Below are positions 23,413 through 36,714 of a DNA stretch of 64,000 nt, in pieces. The stretch comes from Camelus ferus. Its lineage: Eukaryota. Below the pieces are notes generated by a model. It did not search any database and was not told where the DNA came from. It worked only from the letters and a program-made list of their open reading frames with translations. The translations under genes and the position numbers were made by a program. Position 1 is the stretch's first letter, and each line of letters begins with the position of its first letter. The stretch is from NCBI RefSeq assembly GCF_009834535.1, contig NC_045696.1, positions 42,844,001 through 42,908,000 on the forward strand. Direction: 5' to 3'.

Positions 23413-24174
23413 TTTCAGAATTTCACTAGTATTTTAATTCTAAAATGCTGTGATTTTTATGGTAACAAATTTCAACAAAATTATTTTCTATTTTTTATGG
23501 TATGTTAATAAGGACTACTTTTAAGACTTACTCTCTCATGTTTTTAACATAATTTGAGTATTTCAGTATTAAAGGGAAGTATAGCTAATTTTCTAAAGAT
23601 TTACCTCTCAAACTAGTATTCCTTAAGGCTAAAATCCATTTATGATGTTTGTTGTATTCTCAGAACTAGACAAATTTGCTGGCTGTTAGTGGAAACCTGG
23701 CTCCTAGTTCTTGAATTAATGAGTAAATGAGATTAAAAAATTGAAAGTATTTTCACAAGTTGTTGCTTATTGTACCGATAATATTTCACACACTATGATA
23801 CTTACACAAGGGTTGTACAATATAAAGCATGATCATTATAAACACTTCTACAAAATGATACAGTGAAATGTGAAAAAGAAAATAGGGTTAAGATCGTCTT
23901 TGGGGTTATATCGGCTGATAGTATTATTGAAATATGTAAGGTTTTCCAATTTGTCCTTTCTAAGAATAAACTGAAGAATGGCCTGCCATTTTTATTTACA
24001 TAGAAGTATTTTTCAAGCCATTTAACAAGCCTCGTATTTACCAGGTGTAGTGCACCGCTGTAACTTTGCTTCTACGTCTTAGAGAGCAGAAGACCTGTTT
24101 GTGATCATTCTCTGAAAATTCAGGGTTTAACATTTTATCAGTAATCTAAAAGAAAAATATGATCGGTACATTTA

Positions 24175-24299
24175 GACAAGTGGGTTTCAATGTGATGCCC
24201 AGACCTACACCACCGGTCTGTGAGGTGGTGTCGGGACATCCAAGTTACTTCTAAGTTACCAGGAGATTCTAACATGCAGCAAGAGTTGGGAATCACTGA
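24175..24299. mobile_element. MER5-like hAT MITE
   Basis: gtgggtttcaatgtgatgcccagacc...ccaggagattctaacatgcagcaagagttgggaatcactg. Confidence 0.6.
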
Positions 24300-27200
24300 T
24301 TTGACAAAACATCAAGGGCAGTTTCCTTAATTTTGTTACTAAAATTGGAGCCTGAGCTGACACAGAACACATTGACACCCAAGGAACTGCACGGAACAGG
24401 AGTAGAAAGAGACTAGAGGGCTAAGCATTCTGATGGTGTGGTGATCGTGAAAGATCCCCATTCACATAGTTAGGTCAGTAACACAGTGAAGTGCAGTAGG
24501 GACTAATTAGAAGGAGCTGCAACCTGGCAGAAGCATGAATATAGTTACAAGCTAAATTTTGGACAGAGCTGCACAAAGAACTCTAAGCATACAAGTCTAG
24601 ATTTTAGGTCATGGGGCTGTGTCCCTTGAAGTGATTTAAAATAATGGCCATTTAATAATTATAAATTGAGTAATTTGTCTAATATACTAAAATAATTTGA
24701 CAGACACCATACATCATATCCTATAAAAGAATTTAGGACATAGATAAAATAAGAACATAGTAATATAAGGCAGCATAAGATTAAAAAAAAAGTCAGATTA
24801 TCTCGTATTAAAGATATTCAGGATACAAAAATGGTAAGATTAATGTGATTTTTAAATACAATAATTAAACGTGATATAAACAGTATTATGGACTCTTCTG
24901 AGAAGAATAAAGCATTATAGATGATTTATAGATGTATTGGAAAGCTGAAGTAAGTTTTCTTAGGAAATAAAAATAGCAAGGGACTTATTAGGATTAATTA
25001 TCCTGAAAATGATAGGAAATCCTTGACAGGGAAATAATTATCAGTGTTAGGATAAAATATGAACCAGATTTTCACTTTAAAGTATATGAAAATGTCTAAT
25101 TTATCTCTGATTAAGAACATTTAGCAGCTTTTTTTCCCCTTAAAAGATGAAAAATTAATATTGATTTTTTTGTCAGGATATTTTTTCAAAGTCATATAAC
25201 TAGTATTTTGATGAGTGATTTTAATTTTACCAAGATCAATTAAGGACACTTAGTTATAGTAAAAATAGTTACTTCATGACACAAGTATATGGAATAATTT
25301 TGTACTGTGGCTAGATACCATGCACGTTAAGGTGACAGTACTTAGTAAATTAATGGGAAAAGATTTGTAATGAGACAATTTGTAAATAATTCCTTTTTAA
25401 GACTCATTTTTGTGGGTATATTATATTGGATCTCATATGGACATTATGACTTTATCTGTAACAAGATTTTATGGAATGACAGAAAAGTGAATTATGGTGA
25501 AGTAATAAAATCTCTGATAACCGAAGTTTGAATTTCCTGGTCTGCTGAGCTTTAAGTTTGAAGGTTTTAATGTGTGACCTATTTTTTACAGGCATAAAAC
25601 TCTTGGAATGTAAAACACACAAAGTTACCTCAATATAAAACTAATAATGTGACTAAAAGTCATCAAGGAATAAATTCTGATGAAGGTTTGAGTTCTTTCT
25701 TGACAATACTTTCTTACCCAAACATTTTGGGAATGTGTCATTCAAGGATCAGTTGTTTTTAGATCTCAGTATTTTCTGCAGTGCACAAGTGGTCCTCCTA
25801 TTATGAATTTGATGTATGTAGACATAGTCCATTATTTGCTTTTAAATCTTATTATGTGTCATTAATGTAGCATTGTTTTTAGAAGTCAAAGGGAAAATAA
25901 TACAGCATTGTCAAAAAAAAAAAAAGGCTATAGTGATTGAGACTGTCTGGAAAGTAGTGATCTGTCAGTATTCTTTGCAACATAATAGTATAGCTTAATA
26001 GATATAAATGAACATAGTCACATCTGAGCAATAGAAACCTGTCTATTGATACAAGTTAATAGCAAATAGGCAAAAATCAACCTAGAAAACAGAACCTGTG
26101 GAGAAGAGAAATGGAGAAATGCTATTTCTAAAATGCGTAGTTGGTCATATAATAGGCCAGCTTTATTTAGAAGAAAGGATGACTTTGTTTACTTACTGTT
26201 AGGTCTTGTATGGTTTTATAGTTCCTGAGATTTTGGCCAAGCTATGGTCTAGAACTTAGGTAAGCATACCTGCTAGTGAATCAAGCTGGCTGCTGCAGTG
26301 AATTTTCTTAGGGGATAATGGTAACCTGATATGCTAAATATCTTTTTGATTAGATAAGTGTATATAGATCATGAATCTTGTGGGTTTGATTCGCTACAAT
26401 GTTAACACCTCTTTAATAATGCATATAGAGAACGTTTGGTTTTATTAGAATTTAAAGACTAGATAAAACATAATCTTGGTGGATCTCCAAATATTTGAGT
26501 ATATTTCTTATTCTCTTGTTCCTTCTCATGATCTTTAAAAATTCCGTGTCTCAGAACAGTTGCCACAGTGCTTCCTTTATATTTTAGATTGATGTGTTTG
26601 AGGTCAGAGAACTTCTCAATAGTGATGGGAACCTGGGTTTTCACTGCAGCCATACCCAAATTTGATGATACAGTTTCATATAAAAATTATGGCAAATGTT
26701 GTGAAATCCCATGGTATTGATTGCAAGTTAATTGGATCGTGTCTATAACTTAGTGGATCACTTTCATGCCAAAAGATCTAGTGCCCCTGTGATTTACTGT
26801 CACTTGGGAAAAATGTGCTACTAAAGAGGTGTAGAATTTCTACAAAAGGTGCATTTCAATTCTACTGTTCAGTTTTATGACCAAGGTATAAATTACCACT
26901 TGTCCTTACTCATCTTCCTAACCTGATTTAATACCGTGGGTCACTCTAAATCTTCTGTGCCCAACAAATTGCTTCCCTATGATTCTGTGAACCACCCTGC
27001 CTCTGTGTTTGGGTTCATCTTGCTTCTTCTGTTTGGAATTTGTACCTGCTCCCTCCCATGTTCCCTCTTTTCATTGTACTTAAATGTTTCCGATTCTATT
27101 TTCAGGGCCACCTTTTTGTTCCAAATTCCCTGAAGGCTTTCTTTACTATTTCACCTTAGTGTTTTCTCCCTTCTCTGAAAACGTCCATTTATTTTTTTCA

Positions 27201-27494
27201 CTTTGTCTGGATCTTGGTTTAGGCTATGGTTAACTGTTCTGCAGTTTTTCATATACGTATGTCCTGTTATTTTCTAATGACTCTAAACATCAAGAGGATG
27301 TGTGCCTCAGCAGTATCATGGTTCAGTCTCCCTTGAGATACCAAGAAAAAATTTCCACAGTCTTTTAGCATTAGTGTTTGTCCTGGTGCTGATGTTGTTC
27401 GCCTTGGAAGAGTTGGGGGTCACAGCATTTTATTGTAGTCAGTTTATTTGACCTGCTTCAAATCACCACTCCTAGATTCCCCTACAACAGCTAA

Positions 27495-27610
27495 TTATTC
27501 AACAAATACTTGAGTGTTTAGTGACTGTAGAGCAGAGTTCTCTGCTCTGGCAAGAATTTCATAAATAAAAAAGACTGAGGTATTTGTCCCCATGGAACTT
27601 GCATCCTAAG
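27495..27610 (-). mobile_element. L2 3' end, antisense
   Basis: attcaacaaatacttgagtgttta...gtccccatggaacttgcatccta. Confidence 0.55.
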
Positions 27611-27815
27611 TTCAGAAAATTGACTCAGTGTTGCAACAGTAGAAACTGCTTAGACTTCACTCTTAATATGTGCAGAATGAATTATGAACTCTCATATTCT
27701 CCAGCTGAATCAAGTACTCAGTGCTCATCCCCACACAGGCTCTTAAAAGCAGTGGCTTAATTTTGAAAGTAGAGTGGGTCAGCATATTGAGAGTTGGTAT
27801 ATATTGATTTGCAGC

Positions 27816-28230
27816 CTCTTCAGGGATCTTCCCAGGTATAATCTGAAGCTGCCCACTCTCCCTATGCAGAAGGCAAGGGGAGACTAAAGAAAGAGGCAGA
27901 CCACTTCAGATTGGTAGGTAGCAAGTTTAATGAGCAAGGGAACTTACATGTCTTGGGTGGCTGCAAAAGAAATAGATTTCTGCACCCACCCACCAAATCT
28001 TAAAACTCTTTTTTATAGAGGTTTTAACTGGGTTCAGTCACATATACCATCCAGATGGTCTCAACACCACATTTCCATCTCGAGGCTGTATTTGGGGGTC
28101 AGCTTCTGGGAATGCAGCATGCAAGTGGAACACACATTCCAAGTACAGGAGATGGGGTAGATGGGGTGAGGAGCCTCCAGTTGTCCAGAACCACACCATG
28201 GGTCAGTGTCTGAATGACCTCCCTGAAGAG
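27816..28230 (-). mobile_element. Solo ERV-type LTR (~415 bp), antisense
   Basis: 11-bp terminal inverted repeat CTCTTCAGGGA / TCCCTGAAGAG; antisense TATA (ttttata, ~28011-28017) and antisense ATTAAA (tttaat, ~27926) in LTR order; higher GC than the flanks. Confidence 0.6.
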
Positions 28231-28283
28231 TGTAGTAGACTAGTCAAGAGCACAGGGCCTAGACCATCATCTCCTAGATTGAG
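28231..28283 (+). mobile_element. MIR 5' part (remainder at 33430-33662)
   Basis: tgtagtagactagtcaagagcacagggcctaga. Confidence 0.5.
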
Positions 28284-28297
28284 AAAGTGGTTCTGGG

Positions 28298-30829
28298 TCC
28301 TTTCAAACTATTGTAAAAAAAAAAAAAAAATTGCAGTGGCAGGAACAGTTCTGAACTCATTCTATGGGGCCAGCATCACCCTGATACAAAAATCAGACAA
28401 AGATATTACAAGAAAAGAAAATTACAGGCCAATATCACTGATGAACATAGATGCAAAAATGCTCAACAAAATAATAGCAAACTGAATTAAAAAATACATT
28501 AAAAGGACCATATACCATGTTCAAGTGAGATTTATCCCAGAGATACAAGGACTTTTTAATATCTTCAAATCAAGCGATGTGATACACCACATTAACAAAC
28601 TGAAGAATAAAAATCATATGATCATCTCAATAGACTCAGAAAAAAGCTTTTGATAAAAATTCACCATCCATTTTTGATATAAACTATCCAGAAAGTGGGC
28701 CTAAAGGAAACATATCTCAACAGAATTAAGGCCATATATGACAGACCCACAGCTAACTTCATGCTCAGTGGTGTAAAGCTGAAAGCACTTCCTCTAAGGT
28801 AAGGATGCCCGATCTTGCCGCTTTTATTCAACATAGTATTGGAGGTCCTAGCTGCAGCAATCAGAAGAAAAGGAAATGAAAGGAATCCAAATTGCAAAAG
28901 AAGAACTAAAACTGTCACTGTTTGCAGATGACATGCTACTATACATGGAAAATCCTAAAGATGCCACCAGAAAACTACTAGAGCTCAGAAATGAATTCAA
29001 TAAAGTTGCAGGGTACAAAATTAATATACAGAAATTTGTTGTGTTTCTATGCAATAACAATGAACTGTCAGAAATTAAGAAAACATTTCCATTTGCCATC
29101 ACATCAAAAAGAATAAAATGCCTGGGAATAAACCTACCTAAGGAGGTAAAAGATTGGTACTCAGAAAACTGTAAGACATTGATGAAAGAAATTGAAGACA
29201 TAAACAGATGGATATGCTGTGTTCTTGTATTGAAAGATATATTATTAAAATGACCATATTACCCAAGGCAATCTACAGATTTATTGCAATTCCTGTCAAA
29301 ATACCAATGGCATTGTTTCCCAGAACTACAACAAGAATTTTAAAATTTGTGTGGAAATACGAAAGATCCTGCATAGCCAAAAGAATCTTGAAAAAAAAAA
29401 AAGAACATGGCTGGAGGAATCACACTGTCTGATCACAAAAGTAGATACAAAGATCAGTGAAACAGAATAGAGAGCCCCAAAATAAATCCATAATTTACAG
29501 TCAGTTAATCTAGAACAAAGAGGGCAAGAATACACAATGGAGGAAAGACAATCTCTTCAATAGTGGTGCTGGGAAAACTGGACAGTTACATGTAAAAGAA
29601 TGAAATTAAAAATTCCCTAACACCATATACAAAAATAAACTCAAAATGGATTAAATGTAAGGCTAGAAAATAAAAAACTCCTACAGGAAAACATAGGCAG
29701 AACATTCTTTGACACAAATTGAAGCAGTATTTCTATTTTTTATCCTTCCCCTAAAGTAAAGGAAATGAAAGTAAAAAATAAATAAACAAATGGGATCTAA
29801 TGAAACTTAAAAGTTTTGCATAGCAAAGGAAATTATTAACACAACAAAAAGAACCTACAGAATGGTAGAAAATAATTGCAAATGATATGACCAATAAGGG
29901 ATTAATTTCCAACATATATAAACAGCTCATACAACTCAACAACCAAAAACCAACCTTACTGAAAAACGGCAGAAGAACTGAATAGGTATCTTTTCCAAAG
30001 AAGACATAAAGGTGGGCAACAGGTACATTAAAAGATGCTCGACATCACTAATCAACAGGGACATGCATATTAACCACAATGAGATACTGCCTTACACCTG
30101 TCAAAAAGGCTGTCATCAAAAGGAACACAAATAACAAATGTTGGTGAGTATGTGGAGAAAAGGGAAACTTCATAAACTGTTGATGGGAATGTAAACTGGT
30201 AACAGCCACTGTGGAAAACAATATGGAATTAAAAAAAGAAAAACTATAAATAGAACTGCCATATGACCCAGCAGTTCTACTCCTGGATATAGATCTGGAA
30301 AAAATTGAAAATGTTGATTCAAAAAGATACATGCACCCCAATATTCCTAGCAGCATTATTTACAACTGCCAGGGTATGAAAGCAACCTAGGTGTTTATCA
30401 ACAGAAAAGTAGATAAAGAAGATGTGGTAAATTCAATGTGGTATATATACCTTGGACTACTACTCAGCCATCTGCAGCAACATGGATGGACTTGGAGGGC
30501 ATTATGCTAAGTGAAATAAGCCAGAGAGAAAGGCAAGTATTATATGATATCATTTACATCTGGAATCTGAAAAATACAGCAGAGTAGTAAATATAACAAA
30601 AAAGTTCACAGATACAGAGAACAAACCAGAGGGGAAGTGGAAGGGGACTAAGTGGTAAAAACTATTAGGTATAAAACAAGCTACAAGGACAGTGTGCAAC
30701 ATGGGGAATAAAGTCAATACTTTAACATAAATACAAGTGGATTTTAAACTTTAAAATTTGTGAGTTACTATGCTTTACCTTTGTAAATTAAATAATAATA
30801 TGTAGCAACTGTATTTCAAGTTAAAAAAA
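28298..30829 (+). mobile_element. 5'-truncated LINE-1 (ORF2 RT and C-terminal region, 3' UTR, poly A) with TSD; ORF2 broken by frameshifts and stops
   Basis: ORF fragments [22 protein letters not shown] and KLSLFADDMLLYMENPKDATRKLLEL (RT FADD motif); TSD aaagtgg(t/c)tctggg at 28284-28297 and 30830-30843. Confidence 0.95.
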
Positions 30830-31478
30830 AAAGTGGCTCTGGGGATTTCTGTTTTCAGCTCTGACATATGAAGACCTTGGAAGTCAGTGCTCTCCTCACA
30901 ACAAGAACAATTTGGGCTGCAAACCAGTGGTAGTGTAAAAAGTGTCACCAGTAAAACTAGAGAAACAGGTGTAAGCCTAGAGAGTCACAAGTAAGACCTG
31001 CTTATTTGGGACAGACCCCACTGGAGCCAGAAATTGATAGGAACACTTAAAGGTAATTTTGACACCTTGTTGGAGCTGAGCTGTGGATTAGCATGAGTGT
31101 GAGGAACTCCCGGGGACTGCGGTATTAAGAAGGCCCTGTGCTGTAATGAGTTTTTAGCCTCAGGAATCACGCCATGTCCACTACTACAAAAGTCCAGGAA
31201 AGATCTTTGTGCACCTGGTATGCAAAGGGAAAAATTAAGCATTGTGATACAGGAACAGAGGAAATCCTGCTCTTCAGGGTAAGAGACTCTATCAGAGGCT
31301 TATCTCACTTAGGAGGAGGTATCTGACTTACTCTGTATCTCTTTAGCCTCTGCTTTTATCTGAGGATGAGAAAGGACAAGCTAAAACTTTGTGACGCTCA
31401 GGACTCAGGAACACAGGACTGATAAGAAGCTGGGACTAATCGTAAGGTTATTAATCACATCTTCTCTGCCACAACTAC

Positions 31479-31617
31479 TGTATTAGTTTTCTAGGGATGC
31501 CATGACAAAATACCACGGGCTGGTGTCTTAGACATGAGAGATTTATTTCCTTAGAATTCTGGAGCTGGAAGTCCCAGATCAAGGTGTTAGCAGTTGTGGT
31601 TTCTCCTGAGGCCTCTC
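31479..31617 (-). mobile_element. MLT1 (ERVL-MaLR) LTR fragment
   Basis: tgtattagttttctaggg.tgcc..gacaaaataccac...ttctggagctggaagtcccagatcaaggtgttagcag. Confidence 0.85.
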
Positions 31618-32131
31618 AGGATATTTTTTTAATGCAATGTATATTTTCAAAACATTTAAATTAGAAATCAGTAACAGAAAAGTATTTGGAAAATCCTCAA
31701 ATATTTGGAGATTACTTAGCATGCTTTAAAATATCACATAGGTCAAAGAAATCTCAAGAAATTTAAAAATACTTTGAAGTAAATGAAAATAAGTGAAAAT
31801 AAAGCTTATCAAAATTTGTGGGTTGCAGCAAAAGTGGTGCTTAGAGGGAAATTTATAGCAGTAATATACATATATTTGGAAAAAACCCTAAAATCAATAG
31901 TCTAATAAGCTTCTGCATTAGCAAACTAGAGAAAAAAGAACACTTGAAGCCTCAAGAAAGATGAAGAAAATAAGTAAAATTAGAGTGTAAATCAATGAAT
32001 TTTAAAATAGGAAAACAGAAAATCAATGAAATAAAAATCCAGTTGTATGAAAAGATGAATAAAATTTGACAAAGCTCTGACCAAGCTAACCAAGGAAAAA
32101 GACACCAAATACCAGCATCATAAATGAAAGA

Positions 32132-32616
32132 TGATGATGTACTCACACGCACACACACTTACACACACACACGGCAATGGAATATTACTCGGCCATAAAA
32201 ATAATGAAATTTTGTCATTTGCAACAACATGGATAGACCTAGAGGGTATTATGCTTAGTGAAATGTCAGAGAAAGGTGATTATTGTATGTTTTTTACTTA
32301 TATGTGTAATTAAAAAAATAAAACAAAGGAATTAATATAACAAAACAGACTCAAATACAGAGAACAAACTAGTGGTTACCAAAATGGTAGGGGGGAGATG
32401 CAAGAAAGATGAAGGGGATTAAGAGGTACAAACTATTAGATATAAAATAAATTTCAATGATGTAACATACAGCACAGAGAATATAGTCAATATTTTATAA
32501 TAACTGTATGGAATATACTCTAAGAATATCAAATCACTATGTACTAGGTTGTACACCTGAAACTTGATAAAATATTATGAGTCAAATATACTTCACTAAC
32601 AATTTGAAGAAACAAA
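32132..32616 (+). mobile_element. L1MA-type 3' end nested in L1MC ORF2, with TSD
   Basis: caatggaatattactcggccataaaaaataatgaaattttgtcatttgcaacaacatggatagacctagagggtattatgct; TSD aaatgaaaga at 32122-32131 and 32617-32626. Confidence 0.85.
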
Positions 32617-33429
32617 AAATGAAAGAAGGGTAATAACTGGTCAGAATGGTATTAAAAGGATTAAAAAGGAATATTGTAAACAACTATATGCCTATACATT
32701 TGATAATCTAGATAAAATGGACCAATTCTTTGAAAGATACAGATAACCCAAACTCACATAAAGGTAAATAATCTGATAATTATCTAATAGATAAGCCCTG
32801 TATCAAAAAATTTGAATTAATAATCTTTCAAAAGAGAAGGCAACACGACCAGATTGGTGTCACTGGTGACTATTATCAAATACTTGAGGAATTATATCAA
32901 TTCTCCAAAATCTCGGTACCTTAGCCAGGTAATCAAAGTCTACGTCAGCATTGGTAAGTATATTGGTAGTATACATTATTGATGTGATGTAACAGAACTG
33001 GTACTTTATTCCTGTGGTCTTCTTCCAAAAGCCATAACCCCAGTCTAATCGTGATATAAAAAATTAGATCACAATAGAGGGAAATTGACCAGTATTCCTG
33101 GGAACTGTAAAGGATGTTAAAAGTAAGGAAAGTCTGAGAATCAGTCATAACCAAGGGGCTCTCTAGGAGAAATGGGACTAACTGTAATGTGATATTTGTG
33201 GTATCCTATATACGACCCTGGAATAGCAAAGGGACATTAGGCAAAAAAAAAAAAAAAAAAAAAGGAAATCTGAATAAAGTATGGACTTCAGTTAACAGTC
33301 ATGTTATGATTAGTAATATACCAAACTAATGTAAGATGTTAATATTAGGGGGCAATGGATGGGGGGATTCTCTGTGCTTTCTTTGTAATTTTTCTGTAAA
33401 TTTGAAACTGTTTGCCCCCAAATACTTTT

Positions 33430-33662
33430 AAAAACATCTCTGTCACTTATTCAGTGTCAGTGACAAATTACACAACTTCTCTGTACCTCAGAGCAGAGCA
33501 GTGCACTTAACATCTCTATACCCAGTCATCTGATCTGCAGCGTGGGAATAATACTATTCCCTATTTTAGAGGAATATGGTGAAATGGAAATAAATTGCTG
33601 CAGGTAGAGAATTTAGAAGAGTGTCTTGCGTGTAATAAGCACTCAGTAAATGTTAGCTGTGT
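33430..33662 (+). mobile_element. MIR core and 3' part
   Basis: ctctgtcactta..gtgacaaattacacaacttctctgtacctcag...taataagcactcagtaaatgttagct. Confidence 0.7.
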
Positions 33663-34319
33663 CTATGATGAATTTGTTACTTTCAGGAAATCTCACCCGG
33701 CACTACTTTCTCCAAAGATTAGTGAGAGCTCCTTCAGTGATCCGTCAGTTGCTAGAAGTCTAGAACTGTCAGAACTGGGAGCTACTATTCACTGATACAT
33801 GTTTCCCAAGAGTGCCACGGCAGGGTGCAGACCGAATTTCCGTAGGCTTATTTACCCCAAAGGATGCAATATTAGAAGTGGGCAGGATGAAACTCCAAAA
33901 CTCCTTTGTTTTTCTTTCTTTTAGCAGTGTCCTCTCCACATTAAATCTTTAACCTCTCTCTGAATGCTCCCTTTTTCTTACTCTGTTAGAAAAGTCTTTT
34001 GAAGATATCGCTTCCTTTACAGACCATAGCTCTAACAGATAATTAACATGTTATCGCACTGTTTATTTTTTAGCTTATTATGTTTACTTTTATATAATTT
34101 ATGTTTGTGTTTTTAATTATGTTTTAATTGACTTATATTTAACTCATTATTATGTTGATAGTTTATTCTCATCTCTCTATGCCTACCAGAATGTGAGATC
34201 TATGAGGTCTGGGATCTCTACTTAATTATGTCACTTTTGTGTTCAAAGCATCTTGACAAACAGTTCTTGGTTTCTTTGTAAATACCTATTAGATATTTGT
34301 GGTACATTTAATACATATG

Positions 34320-35005
34320 TAAGGTAATCATCTTCTACCATTATGTGGCTTATCTTTTGAGTTTGTTTTTATTGTATTTTGTTGAAATTTTAAAATATTT
34401 TTAAGGTTGTTAAATTTTATTTTATGGTTAGGACTTTGCCATCACAAAGCATCTCTCCATTATAAGTATCAAAAGCCTTATTCCCTAAAATTACCAATCT
34501 ATTCTCTGTATATATGAGTTCAGTTTTTTGTTTTTTAGAGTCCACATATGATTGTGGTCATACATATTTGTCTTTCTGTCTGACTTATTTTTCATTCTTA
34601 AATTTACATGGAAAATTTGAAAAATGGGACGATTTTCATATTTTTCTATATGGTTAGTCAGTTCTGCTGAAAATTTTGATTGAACCCTTTCCTACTGATT
34701 TTTGTGCTACAAAATCTTATACTGTATTTCTAGGTAAGCATTGGTCTAGTCTATTCATTTTCACTGTTTGTCTATCATTTGGCTAATGCCACATTGTTTT
34801 AATAACTAAAGTTGTATTTTCCTCTTTTGATTTTTCCAAAGTTATGTTGATTATTCTTGGATACTTGTTTTTTGATATGAATTTGAGAATTACTTTGTCA
34901 TTATCTATGAATAGCTCTTTTAGAATTTTCATCAGGATCACACTGAATTAATAGCTTACTTAGAGGAAAAATATCTTCACAATATTTAGTCTTCCTACCT
35001 TCATG
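34320..35005 (-). mobile_element. Old L1ME-type ORF2 remnant, antisense
   Basis: tatgaatttgagaattactttgtca...ggatcacactgaattaatagcttacttagagga..atcttcacaatatttagtcttcct. Confidence 0.6.
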
Positions 35006-35009
35006 TTCT

Positions 35010-36545
35010 TAAATTTTTAATTGAGATATAATTGACATTAGTTTCAGGTGTATAGCATAGTGATTCACTGTATATATTGTGACATGATCACAGTAAGTCT
35101 AGTTAATATCCATTACCACCCATAGTTACACTTTTTTCTTGTGATAAAAAATTTAAAGATCTACTTTCTTAGCAACTTTCAAATATACAATACAGTATTA
35201 ACTATAGTCTCCAAGCTGTACATTACATTCCTATGACATTACTTTATAGCTGGAAGCTTGTACTTTTTTGCCCCCCTTCCAACTATTTTGTCTACCCCCA
35301 CCCCTGCCTCTGGCAACTACCAATCTGTTCTCTGTATATATGAGATCAGTATTAGGTTTTTGTTTTTTAGAGTCCACATATAATTAAGATCATATGTATT
35401 TGTCCTTGTCTGACTTATTTCATTTAGCCTAATGCCCTCCAGGGCCATCCACATTGTTGCAAATAGCAAGATATCCTTCTTTTTGATAACTGAATACTAC
35501 TCCATTGCATATATATTCCACATTTTCTTTATCCGTTCATCCGTTAGTGGGTGCTTAGCTTGTTTCATGTTTTGGCTATTGTAAACAATGCTGCAATGAA
35601 CATGGACATGCATATATCTTTTCCAGTTAGTGTTTTCATTTTCTTCAGACAAATACCCAAAAGAGGAATTGGTAGATCAAATGATAGTTCTATTTTTAAA
35701 TTTTGAGGAAGCTCCATATTGTTTTCTGTATTGGTTTTACCTATTTACAATTTCACTAATAGTGTACAAGATCATGGTTCTTTATAACCTCACCAACACT
35801 TGTTATTTCTTGTCTTTTTGAGGATAGCCATTCTAACAGGTGTGAAGTGAAAGCTCATTGTGGTTTTTAATTACATTTCCCTGATGATTAGTGATGTTGA
35901 ATGTCTTTTTATGTACCCATTGGCTACCTGTATGTCTTTTTTGGGAAAAAAAAAAGTGTCCATTCAGTTTCTCTGCCATTTTTTACTTGGATTGTTTGCT
36001 TTTTGCCGTTAAGTTCTTTACGTATTTTGGATAATAGCCCTCGTTAGATAATTGGCGAATATTATTTCCTGTTTGGTAGGTTGTCTTTCCCTTTTGTTGG
36101 TTTCCTTTGCTGTGTAGAGGCTTTCTAGATTGATGTAGTTCCATTTACTTTATTTTGCTTTTGTTGCCTTTGGTATCAAATCTGAAAGAGTCATTGCAAA
36201 GACTGATGCTAAGGAACTTACTGCTTATGTTTTCTTCTAGGAGTTTTATGGTTTTAGGTCTTAGGTTCAAATCTTTTAGTCCATTTTGAGTTAGTTTTTG
36301 TGTATGGTGTAAGATAGTGGCCCAGATTCATCCTTTTACATGTGGTGGTCCTATTTTCTCAACATCATTTATTGAAGAGCATGTCTTTCCCTCATTGTAT
36401 ATTCTTGGCTCCTTTGTCATAAATCAATTGACCATATGTGTATGGTTTATTTCTGGGCCCTCTATTCAATTCCATTCACCTGTGTGTCTGTTTTTATGTT
36501 AGTACCATACTGTATTGATTACTATAGCTTTGTAGTATAGCTTGC
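35010..36545 (-). mobile_element. L1MA9-like LINE-1, 3' 1.5 kb, antisense
   Basis: aattgagatataattgacatt..gtttcaggtgtatagcatagtgattc...tagtaccatactgtattgattactatagctttgtagtatag. Confidence 0.9.
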
Positions 36546-36714
36546 AGCTATCTCCATATGTCATCTTTCTCCATATGACAGGTTTTCTTTTAGGTTGCCA
36601 ATACTTTTAATTTTACCCATGGATTTTTAAAATTATATTTTGATTACATTATAACTACTCATAGTATGTGTTGATCCTGTTAGTAGTATTTTCCTTAAAT
36701 CCCACTACATTTTT

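Larger units (their letters stand above)
30844..33430 (+). mobile_element. Older L1MC/MD-type LINE-1 with 5' end (30844-31478), ORF2 pieces (31640-32131, 32620-32915) and 3' UTR (32920-33430); internally deleted and interrupted
   Basis: aattagaaatcagtaacagaaa..tttggaaaatcc; aaatttgtgggttgcagcaaaagtggtgcttagagggaaatttatagca; 3' UTR ccataaccccagtctaatc..ggaaatctgaataaagtatggac..ctaatgtaagatgttaata. Confidence 0.75.

Noticed and set aside
25592..25685. Exon-like segment (ttttacag...GAAG|gtttga)
   Set aside because: All three frames contain a stop, the donor is weak and no homology was recognised.
26459..26820. Protein-looking minus-strand ORF (AAVKTQVPITIEKFSDLK...)
   Set aside because: The upstream frame has two stops and no family was recognised; the length is within chance expectation. 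TBLASTN would settle it.
28198..29432. Reverse transcriptase ORFs as a possible novel RT system
   Set aside because: Standard, frameshifted, 5'-truncated LINE-1 ORF2 with a TSD and poly(A).
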